A DNA stretch of 64,000 nt, from the NCBI GenBank assembly GCA_964106915.2, contig OZ066916.1. One strand, given 5' to 3'. Position 1 is the stretch's first letter. Each line of letters starts with the position of its first letter. Shown in pieces: positions 14,601 to 26,600 of the stretch. A program made the position numbers and the translations under genes. The notes under the pieces are model-generated. The model ran no database searches. It was not told where the DNA came from and saw only the letters and a list, made by a program, of their open reading frames with translations. The stretch comes from Podarcis gaigeae. Lineage: Eukaryota.

Positions 14601-17600
14601 ACACATTTTAACATAAAAAACTGAGCTAGGTTTTTGGGTGTGTGTCAATTATATGTCAGGGCGTAGTGCTAAAAATGACGTTTTGTATTTCCTGTGTTTA
14701 TATAATGCTACGTATGCAGTCAAAACAGATACTCCATTTGACAATGGATCTCCTTTGTGCTCCCTGGCCCATTAACAGTATTCAATAGCAAAAGAGAATG
14801 TGCAAAGGCACATTCAGTGTCATGTATCAAAATGCTCTCTATTTATACAACATCTCTAGAAATATGATCAATAATAATAATAATAATAATTTATTATTTA
14901 TACCCCGCCCATCTGGCTGAGTTTCCCCAGCCACTCTGGGCGGCTCCCAATCAGTGTTAAAAACAGTACAGCATTACATATTAAAAACTTCCCTGAACAG
15001 GGCTGCCTTAAGATGTCTTCTGAATGTCAGGTAATTCTTTATCTCTTTGACATCTGATGGGAGGACGTTCCACAGGGCGGGCGCCACTACCGAGAAGGCC
15101 CTCTGTCTGGTTCCCTGTAGCCTCACTTCTCGCAATGAGGGAACCGCCAGAAGGCCCTCGGCGCTGGATCTCAGTGTCCGGGCTGAACGATGGGGGTGGA
15201 GACGCTCCTTCAGGTATACAGGACCGAGGCCGTTTAGGGCTTTAAAGGTCAGCACCAACACTTTGAATCGTGCTCGGAAACATACTGGGAGCCAGTGCAG
15301 ATCTCTCAGAACCGGTGTTATGTGGTCCCGGCGGCCACTCCCAGTCACCAGTCTAGCTGCCGCATTCTGGATTAATTGCAGTTTCCGGGTCACCTTCAAA
15401 GGTAGCCCCACGTAGAGCGCGTTGCAGTAGTCCAAGCGTGAGATAACCAGAGCATGCACCACTCTGGCGAGACGGTCCGCGGGGAGGTAGGGTCTTAGCC
15501 TGCGTACCAGGTGGAGCTGGTAGACAGCTGCCCTGGACACAGAGTTAACCTGCGCCTCCATGGACAGCTGTGAGTCCAAAATGACTCCCAAGTGTTGCAG
15601 ATGTTTGAATTCAAGTGTTTTGAATTCATTTATGGCTCTTCAGATGATTAACACATGATGCCAATCTTCCTAAGCCAGGCAGGTCCAAAGTCCATTTTGG
15701 GGGCCTAATCCGGCCCACCATTTGGTTCAATCTGGCTCCTGTAGCAGTTTATTTCCCAGGGTAAAATCCTAAAAAATCTCAACAACTTCAACCCCCCAAA
15801 AAGGCTAACAACATCGGTTGACCCTATGGTCGGCCCTTACGGCCCTTCACTTCATCAAATCTGGCCCTCTTTTTAAAAAGTTTAGACACCACTGTCCTAA
15901 GTTAACAAGACACCTATCTGCAATTCAACATTCAGAGCAGGTTAAATGAATAGCTCCTGTGGTCTCCACACATTTCTCTCCAAAAAGAGCTTGCATGCAT
16001 GCTTATTTGGCCATCTAAACAGAGGCTTGCAATCACTCTGCATGTTTGGACAACAGGGATTTGTATTGTATTTACCCTCCCCACTCCATTATTGCCTATT
16101 TCATCTCAATGGAGCTATGCTTCAATTCAGCCACTTTGCCAGGTCAAGAAGATTTCTATGCAAGCATAATCCACAATTAGCAGGCCCAGAGTATGCACAT
16201 GATGCTAAATATGAAAACCATCTGCTCTAGATTTAAAATTTGACATGCACAGTGGTAAAAATCAGGTATGAAGTGCAATAAAAAAAGAGGATGAGTTTTT
16301 ATCCAAAAAAAAACCAGTCCATACACAGATGCTCTCAGAGGGACTGAGAGCAAAGACTTGTTTAAGTAAAGGTAAAGGTACCCCTGCCCGTACGGGCCAG
16401 TCTTGACAGACTCTGGGGTTGTGCGCCCATCTCACTTAAGAGGCCAGGGGCCAGCGCTGTCCGGAGACACTTCCGGGTCACGTGGCCAGCATGACAAAGC
16501 TGCATCTGGCGAGCCAGAGCCGCACACGGAAACGCCGTTTACCTTCCCGCTGGTAAGCGGTCCCTATTTATCTACTTGCACCCGGAGGTGCTTTCGAACT
16601 GCTAGGTTGGCAGGCGCTGGGACCGAGCAGCGGGAGCGCACCCCGCCGCAGGGATTCGAACCGCCGACCTTTCGATCGGCAAGTCCTAGGCGCTGAGGCT
16701 TTAACCCACAGCGCCACCTGCGTCCCAAAAAGACTTGTTTACCCAGGTGGCTAACCACAATCCAGGATAACATCAGAGTAATGAAGGGTCAACATGTAGG
16801 AAGAATAGAGTCAATTGTCCTTCATCCTGTCCTTAATTCAATAAAAGAATAGCTATAGCAATGCATACAAAAAGCCTACATTTGTGAACAAACCAGAACT
16901 CACAATGTAATAAAATAAGTTTTGGAAAGGAGGTTTCTGTCACACACACTCCTGCTCAGTCACTCAGCTTTGGCAAAACCACTGTCAGTTGTCCAAGGAT
17001 TAATATAAAATTGTTTTTAAGATACGATTGTTATAATTATAAAATGTCGTAAGGATCTCAAGATCTTGCCACTGAACACAAGTTACCAAATTATTACTAT
17101 TATTAATAAAATAAATGTAATTAATCTAACACTCTCTTTCCAGAATTGAAAAATTAGTTTACCTTTACCCTTGCTGCCACACCCGGTATTCGAAGAAGCC
17201 CTTCTGTATCCAGCTTTCCTTCTTCTATATGGGAAATGAGCTGCAAATTAAAATAGAAAGTATCTCAACTCAAGTTGGCGGCAACTAAAATGCTAGTTGA
17301 AAAATAGAAAATTTGTTCTACTGAAAACTGGAATGCAGCTGTGGCTAAACAGTTACAAGCTTTTCTGCGCACTGATGTAACTATAGGTGCCTTATATGTT
17401 TGCGTTCTGCTGAAACCTAACTGGTATAGAAGAAACTGACTGGTCAGCCTACAGTACTCACTTTTTGAAAAATTAGTGGTATCCGGATGCCTGGCACCCT
17501 CTTCTGATCTTGTTCTAGCAAAACTGACAGTGGAACACCAAAAAGACCAGATTCTGCATGAAACAACAAAAGACAAACAATTGGCTTATGACGACATGAA

Positions 17601-20600
17601 AAATGGTTTCATAGACTCTTCTCCACTATGTTCAGATCAACACAGTTTATAATTAATAAATCCAGACAAACAATTTACAGTCCAATCCTATGTACACTTA
17701 GCAAGGAGTAAATCCCACCAAACAGAGTGGGGTTGAATCGTATGCATATTCACCCAGAAGCAAGTCCCACTGCATTCAATGGGAATTTACTGCCTGTAAA
17801 CATGCACAAGGTTGAAGCATCAGCCAGCTCTGCATATTTGAATAATGCATGCTAGCTGAAAGCAAAAAGTTGCAGACGAACCCTACAAAGCTGACCCACT
17901 TCAGAATTCATTGCAAATCGAAATGTCAATAGCATTTTCAAACAGACATTATTTCTTGCTGCATACATCCCTCTACTACCATATAAATTAGGTACACTTC
18001 ATCTTCTCAAATAGCAGGATTGAAATATTCTTCTGTTTTTACATTTCTGCTATCTGTCTTGGTATTAATTGGCTATTATTGTATCTATTTTTTAAGATTT
18101 TCAAACATTTAAAGCAAGAAAGGGGCTCCAGCAAAAATAAATATACCATAAGTAAAGAAAAGGAGGAATACTTCCAAACATTTAACCTTTGGAATAGCTC
18201 ACTGACACGTACAAGATTGTAACCTCGGTCATTCTATTTCCTGCTGTATGAGTGGCCTGTGAACAGGGCCCATTCTAACTAGAGGGCTTTAGGCAAACTA
18301 TTATTGTCTTTGCCTTAGCTGCTCATCTGCAATATAGGAACAAAAATGCTGGCCTTTCTTTAATAGGGCTGTTGTGAAGGTTGTCGAGATAAAGATATGC
18401 AAGCCTTTGAGCATGTGAAGTACCCTCCCGTCAAGTTAAGTATTGGGTTGTATCCAATGGTTGTGCAAGTGGAAGGCAGCTTGCACAACTGATGTTTCCC
18501 TTCCCTCCTCCTAATCTCCACAGCCCTGGTAGCACCACACCTCCCCACCGAAAAACCTCTCTAGAAGTGAATAGTGTGGACTGTGTTCTATGGGGAAAAA
18601 CCGATTTGCTAAACACTAAGCAAAGGGGACCTCATGCATGTGGAGCTGCCTTCGAGTCATGAAGCAAGTGGACACAGCCTTTATTATTCACAGTGATGCA
18701 GTCACCAACCATAGCTGGTGCTGAGGTAGGGATGGTAGAGTAAACCATTTGATGGAACATCTATAGGAGGCTGCTGAGTCAGACCATTGGTCCATCTAGC
18801 TCAGTTGGCTTACAAACGCCTTGGGTTACAAACGCTTCAGGTTACATACGCTTCAGGTTACAGACTCCGCTAACCCAGAAATAGTACCTCAGGTTAAGTA
18901 CTTTGCTTCAGGATGAGAACAGAAATCGTGCTCCGGTGGCCCAGCGGCAGCAGCAGGAGGCCACATTAGCTAAAGTGGTGCTTCAGGTTAAGAACAGTTT
19001 CAGGTTAAGAACGGACCTCCAGAACGAATTAAGTACTTAACCCGAGGTACCACTGTAATGTCCACACACCAGCAGCAGAATTCTCCAGAATTTCAGACAG
19101 CCATCTCTACCAGATCTAACCCCAAGAAGCGAAGGATTGAACCTGGGACCTTCTGCATGCAAGGCAAATACTCTACCCTGAGCAATAGCCCCTTTTCCTA
19201 TGGAAAGACAATGGGGTTTTCCCAAATCAGAATACCCTCAGGAAAAATCCCATGGAACAAGAAGTTGGACTGAATCAAGACGGTCTCTCTGTAGCCCTTA
19301 AAAATGTGTGATCTGCAGAGACCCTCTATTTCCCAGGGATGAAAGGAAAAAATGGCTATCCTAAAGCAATATTCCATATTCAAGAAGTATTTGGCATAGC
19401 TTTGGTATGTTTAACCGGACACGGCTTTTTTAAGAATATAAAAATGGAAGGTTGTGGAGGAGGGAAGGTTCCTTTACCCTAATGTGGCTGGAAGAAGTTA
19501 TTTTCTGAGCTGTGAAATGAAGATTGTATTCAGAGAACTCAACTGTACCCAGCTGTATCTCCCTCATCACTCACAGTTGCTTTCAATTATTTAGCTACTG
19601 CATTGTCGTCTCTGCTGAACCCTGACTGCAAGTTTTTGCCCAAGAAGATATTTGATTAACTGGTAACATGTTTCAGGTCCTTGTAAAACATTAAAGAGAA
19701 GGTCAGAAATACAGGCAGTTAACAAAATGGAAACGTTTCCTGTATTTCATAGGTTACTTTTAAATCTGTGCAATGCTGCTGCTTCAAATTTAGCTCTGCA
19801 TTATGTTTTATTATTTCTACACATTTTTAATTCATATAAGCTGCACTTAACTTCAGATTGAAGGGAAAGCAAAGGGGGAATCCTCAATCAACCAATAAAT
19901 AAATAAAATATTCCCAGTCCAATGCGTTTAACAAGGGCTGTACTCACTAGAAGCTAATCTGGAAATATACAAAACTTCAGTTTAAAAATAAAACTTTTTA
20001 AATGTAAAAGTCGCATCTAAAACATACAAGTGAAACTAAATAAAAACAATGAAAATGTTAATGGAGAATTTTCAAATATATACAGTCAAAGACACATAAA
20101 TTTGCAAGTCAACAATCTCAAAATCAGTATTAGAGGTCAACTTTCCCTAATAAAAATTCTGTTCTTTTGTGAGTTTCCCCACACTAAACTAAGCCTATTT
20201 TACAGGATATTGACTTTACAGATATATGCATGCAGTACCTATATACACGTTTGTATTTTCAATCAGAGGAGCGGGGAAGCAACACTGCTTTTCCTCTTTT
20301 TTAATAGGAAAAGGACTTGATAGTATGCCATTTAACTTGGTGATCTCAAAATGTTCCCAGTTGCCCATATCTATATTAAAGGTAAATATATATATAAAAA
20401 ACCAATATGGACTGTTGGTTGGGAAGTCCAAAAAGAATCCCTGTATAAGGAGTGGAGAATGATATGAGTGTATAACTGAAGACTTATAAACAAATAAAGA
20501 AAAAGAAGTTACTCATTTGGATTAAATTTGCTTTGAAAATTTGACAGGCCGCCTTTGCTCTGATGGAGGATGCCATCACTCACTCACACACACACCCCAG

Positions 20601-23600
20601 AACTGGAACGAAATCTCATGCCAAACTAGAAACCACAGGAAAAGGTCATAAAGCTGTAATTTTCATAAAGCGTTTGCCTAGAATAGGAACACTGCAATTA
20701 TATTGTTATGTAACATAAATTACAATTTTGTTGAAAGCCTCCAAGTGCAGTCATGTTAAGTTATTTCATCCCGCCCTATAGATCATAATCAATATGGATG
20801 GTTCTCCACAAACAAAAATAAATCATGGTTGAGAGCACTTTTAGAGTTAAGCTTCTAAAGACAGGCAAAGGAAAGAAACGAAACGTTCAAGCAGTGAAAC
20901 AAGCATGACAGCATTAAGGACAAGCTTAGTGAAACACTCCATCAGGTTTAAAGTAGGAAGAAGTGGTATATTCCTAGCCTCGTTTGGCATGATTCAGCCA
21001 GAGTTTGAATCTCTCTCTCTCATTACAGTCAATGCAACTTGAATGTAATTAAGTTGCATTGACTGTAATGAGAGAGCTAAGATCATGCTTAACAGGTCGC
21101 CACTAAACCTGATGGAATGCAAAAATGCTTCATATGGCATGGATTGTACCCATCCTACGCACCTGACTACGTACGCCAAGCCACAACCCTTTAAAACAAA
21201 TGCATTTGGTCTGCAGGTTCTGTTGACTCCCAGTGGATACCTGAAGCCCATTACTTCATTTAGAATACGAGAATACACAATGTGATGCGATGCATGTACA
21301 GTGGTACCTCGGGTTACATATGCTTCAGGTTACATACACTTCAGGTTACACTCTGCTAACCCAGAAATATTGCTTCAGGTTAAGAACTTTGCTTCAGGAT
21401 GAGAATAGAAATCACGTAGCAGTGACGTGGCAGCAGTGGGAGGCCCCATTAGCTAAAGTGGTGCTTCAGGTTAAGAACAGTTTCAGGTTAAGTGCGGACC
21501 TCTGGAACGAATTAAGTACTTAACCCAAGGTACCACTGTATAGCGCATCCCACCAAAGCAAATGGGAAGTCTCAACGACCTTACTTCATTTTTGCCGCAC
21601 CTTCTACAGTTTTCAAGGGGAAACCAAAAAAGTGACCTCAAAGATTACACATATAGAAATGCACATCAACATAGTAGCACTGCAAATGGAAGAAACTGAC
21701 CTTTGGTTTTGATTTTTATTGCTTTTTGTGGCTTCAGTTCTGTTCCAAGGATATCAAAGAGAGCCGTCAGCTCAATTAGTGCCAGAGCGTGGACCTTCTT
21801 CATATCCTGAGGGGCAAGGTCTCCAATCTTTGTTGTACCCGTTTTGTCTTTTGGCAGTCTGAAATTCTAAGAGTTTAAAATAATAGCATTAAAGTCTGCT
21901 CTCTAACAAGCAACAAAAGGAAGCGGGAGCTCGTGCTGCATTTCAGCGGTGCCTATTATTGGCGAAGGTATTATTTTTTGCTATAATAAATTCACTTTTG
22001 CACTCCTAGTTTAAAAATTCCCTCCCCTCCCAAGCATATTATTAAAATTACAGCTTCACTGGGGACTAGTACACTGGTACCAAACTGGAGGTACATGTGG
22101 GGCTGCGGTCTCTGTGGGTAACAAAATAAGGGGTGGAGGAGTTACTGATGCCTTAGAAGTGTTTGAAAGTGGGTTACCCATACCTTGAAAGCGGATTTGG
22201 CTTTTGCCTGTTTGAAAACTGAATGCATGCCAAGAGCACCGTGCATCTTTCTTTAAGCAATCAACGATGGACAAATAAATTCGGACTAGAGCAATGAGCA
22301 CCTGATCACGAAAGTGAAAGTGTTTTCATCCCTAGAAAAGGACCTAAAGCCTGGTCTAAACAGCTGAAGTAGTAAAATAGTTCCTAGAACTATAAATCTT
22401 CAAACTGCAGGTGGTAATGGTGAAGGCTGCATATGTGAACACTTCCCAGCCCATTACTGAACACAGAAAACTAGATTAAGACTCTGCAGTTTCACACTTC
22501 ATTTTCCATGAATGCCCCATTACCAACAATGCAATCGAACACACATATTGGCTAAACACATGTCAACATTCTACATGTCTGAATATGTAGTACTCTCTAT
22601 TTCTTTGAACTTGAAGTTCTCCAGTGTAATTTTGTTCAGTGTAATTTTGCAGAAGATAAATAAATAAGAAACCCCCACAGAATGAAAGATATTAAAGCAA
22701 GACCAAAAAAGCCCCTACAGGAAGGAGTGTGTCATCCTCTTTGCCCTTCAAGACTTTGCCTGCTGGGTCATCTTTGAGCGTAGCTGCCTGCTCCGAAAAT
22801 GATATTTCCAAGTTAATGTCTGTTTCAGTGACTGGAACATCTTCTCTTTGATGATCATAATCAATATGTTGACAAGATGCTAGATGTGGTGAAAAAGAAA
22901 TGGGGGAAATGGTCATTAAAGTTTAAATGCAACTTTTTCCCCACTTCCATCACCATAATTGAGGAGGGTGCTGAATTAATCATGGATTGGCTCCAGAGAT
23001 TCATGAACAGAAAATCTGCTCACAGAATGCTTCCACCTTCTGATAGGTTATGGGAGCCTTTATGAACCTCAGCTGGATCACAGTCCCCTTACACGAGCAT
23101 ATAACTGCTTTGCAATCAAGGCACATTATGAAGATCACAAATTTTTAGAATCCTCCCTCCCCCTAATAATCTTACTGTTGTGCTGTTTAAAAAAAAATCT
23201 ATACTGTACTTCCTAGCATGTAAACGTCCTTGATGGTAAACCGCTATTATGTTACTGTCTCTAGCTTTACAAAGATAATACCACAAGTAATGTGCAGCAT
23301 TGCTCAGTTCCAAAGTTAATAAATTACTATCATTTTTCAATCATGAGGCAAATGTGATGACTACTGCAGCTTTAAATATTTTGTGAAACACCACCTAATT
23401 ATCACAGATTATTATCAGAGATGAGAAAATTACTTCGCTCCCCTACTTTGCTCACTGCCCCAAACCCTAAAGACACTCCCAACTTTTACTAACAAGCTTT
23501 TAGCTTTGAATTTCACTTCAAGAATATTTGGTGCCTTTGAAATGCCAGGCAATTCCTATTGCCGTTGGAAAAACAACTGCCCCCCCCCCACTATGCTCTG

Positions 23601-26600
23601 CTAAAACAACACTGACTATTAGCTCCTTATTACTGACGAGCCTCTGGCACAGCCCAGAAACAGGTGCTGAAGTTTGTACCCAGCAAAACTGGGGCAATTC
23701 TGCAAATGGAACAGATTTCTCTCCCATTCCAATCCTGGCAGCAGAGATGCACTTTACAGCAAGGTTCCCAACAGCTGTAACATATCAGAATATACACAGG
23801 CTGATTTAGCTTTTCCCTTTTCATTCAGTGCTATGAGAGCGTTAGCATATGGAAACTGCCTTTCAGAACTTCTCCATTTCTAAAGGCTCATCAAGAGGCA
23901 CTGGAGAAAAAAGAACCAGATGTTATGAAATTCTTAAATAAAATGCTTGGTAATTTTCCAGACCAAGATTCTACAGCAGTTTACTGGCATAAGCCCTGTG
24001 CTTTTCTGTCTGCCTCTCTGCCTTGTGCTGACCCAGCAGTTTGGCAGCAATCCCATCTTTGAAACTGTTCTTGCTAGTGAATGGCTGCCTGGTGGCTGAA
24101 GCAAACAGAGAAAAGGCTCATTAAGGCTCCTCTAAGCACATATTATTCAGCTGACGGTATCTTTCTGTTTCACAAGATTTTGTATTTCCAACTTGGCTCC
24201 TGCTTATTGAACATGTATTCAGAGTTCTGAAATATATTGATAATAGGTAATATATCCCATTTTTTAATATCAAACTTCATGGGTATCATCCTTATCATTA
24301 GTGATAAAAGCAGTGCTCTTGTTTTTCTCCTTATTTGGAAGCATACCTTTCTCCTGTTTCCCCCACCCCCCAGTCAATTATATACAGGCATTTATGGCTA
24401 TGGTACACAAATTCCTGTTTTGTAATTAGTCATTTTTCTGACCATGCTTCCTTATCCTACTTTTAAGATTTCCTTGTCTCTCAGACTTGGACCTAGCTGC
24501 CTTTGTATAGGCTTCAAAATACAGTAAGGTTGCCAAGTCATTACTCTGGTGTCTTGAGATTTCCATAAATACATCCAAGAGTTGAGGAACTCTAGTTCCA
24601 TTATGAGAGTACAACTGAGTTCAATGTGCTTTAGTTTTATTTATTATGAATTCCCAACAGCCAGATTTATATACCCATCTTAATCCAATGACTGGATTTC
24701 ACAGAGCTAGTCAAATGCAATTGTTGCAATTGTTTTATTAACTTAACAATTGGGTGCAATTGTTTTATTAACTTGTTTAATCTGCTCCTTTACAGTTTTT
24801 GGAAAGACAAATTGGTCAAAGCTTGCCATTAGGGTGTGCAACTGGGGTCCCAACACCAGGCACATAATCTGGAGAGGGAGGCGCTGGCACACAAGACTGG
24901 CTGCTGCCATTGACATTAAACAAATGTTACAACTTTCATTATGCAATATATGGATTGTAAGAGTTTATGAATATTATGATTACCAAATAATAATTATTTT
25001 GGTCTGGTTGCTGTTTATAGAAATAGCAATGGTATTCGATCCACACTGGGAACAGTTATGGTTAATTAGGGCATTGGAGCCACAAGACTAAATCCTTGCA
25101 TCTGATGAGGTTTTTGACTTGGCAGAGATTCTGACACGTGTTTGGGTTGTCTAAAAGACTTCTCCAGAATATGGTCCATATCCTAGAAAAAGCTTTCTTT
25201 TTTAAAAAATGAACTTGTTCAGCAATATATCTTGTTAAGACATTTTAAAATAGAAACAATACAGAAAATTTGTTAAGATTTACCCTCTTTTGTGTCCTCC
25301 TCTTTGTTTTCTTTTGTTCTTACAGACTGGTGTTCACTGTCAATTTCCTAAAACGCAGAAAATAAAATATTCTGAATATTTATTCAGAAAATAAAATAAT
25401 AGACAAGATGTTTTGCTCCCAACTGATCTTAAGACAGACATCAGAAAAATTGCTCTTGCATGGACGTTTTCATGTTTGAATTTCATGTACAGTGGTACCT
25501 CGGGTTAAGTACTTAATTCGTTCCGGAGGTCTGTTCTTAACCTGAAACTGTTCTTAACCTGAAGCATCACTTTAGCTAATGGGGCCTCCTGCTGCTGCCA
25601 CGCCGTCAGAGCACGATTTCTGTTCTCATCCTGAAGCAAAGTACTTAACCTGAGGTACTATTTCTGAGTTAGCGGAATGTGTAACCTGAAGCGTATGTAC
25701 AGTGGTACCTCGCAAGACATATGCCTCGCAAGAGGGAAAACTCGCAAGAAGAAAGAGTTTTCCGTTTTTCGAGGTGCTTCGCCAGACGAATTTCCCTATG
25801 GGCTTCCTTCGCAAGACGAAAGCCCATAGGGAAATCTCCGGGGACAGCGGGGAAGCGCAGCGCGTCTTCCCCACTGTCCTCGGACCTCCTCCGAAGGCTC
25901 GCGGTGGGGCAGAGACCTCCTCCCGCCGCCAGGCTTCGGAAGGCTCCTCCGAAGGCTGGCGGTGGGGCGGAGAGACCTCCTCCCCCCCCCGCCAGGCTTC
26001 GGAAGGCTCCTCCGAAGGCTGGCGGTGGGGCGGAGAGCCCTTCTCCCCCCGCCAGGCTTCGGAAGGCTGCTCCGAAGGCTGGCGGTGGGGCGGAGAGACC
26101 TCCTCCCGCCACCAGGCTTCGGAAGGCTGCTCCGAAGGCTGGCAGTGGGGCGGAGAGACCTCCTCCCGCCGCCAGGCTTCGGAAGGCTCCTCCGAAGGCT
26201 GGCGGTGGGGCAGAGAGCCCTTCTCCCCGTGCCAGCCTTCGGATGGCTGTTCTGAAGGCTGGCGGTGGGGCGGAGAGACCTCCTCCCGCCACCAGGCTTC
26301 GGAAGGCTCCTCCTAAGGCTGGCGGTGGGGCGGAGAGACCTCCTCCCCCCCGCCAGGCTTCGGAAGGCTCCTCCGAAGGCTGGCGGTGGGGCGGAGAGCC
26401 CTTCTCCCCGCGCCAGCCTTCAGATGGCTGTTCTGAAGGCTGGCGGTGGACCGCCAGCCTTCAGAACAGGTCCGGGGACAGAGAAGCGCAACGCGCCTTC
26501 CCCTCTGTTCCCAGACCTGTCCTGAAGACTAGCGGTGGGAGGAGGGTTTTCCTTCCCACCGCCAACATTCAGAATGCTGTTCTGAATGTTGGCGGTGGGG

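Noticed and set aside
14974-15591. 205-aa ORF as a host gene
   Set aside because: It is the L2 LINE ORF2 C-terminus.
23830-23901. Strong acceptor (ttttttctccag) as candidate exon 4
   Set aside because: Stop codons follow quickly in the frames tested. The segment 25284-25347 fits phase and homology.
24716-24775. Short local direct duplications (also 46909-46962)
   Set aside because: Ordinary slippage duplications deep in introns with no functional cue.
25890-26465. CRISPR-like appearance of regularly spaced palindromic repeats
   Set aside because: The linkers are two recurring variants rather than unique spacers, there are no cas genes, and the context is a vertebrate intron.
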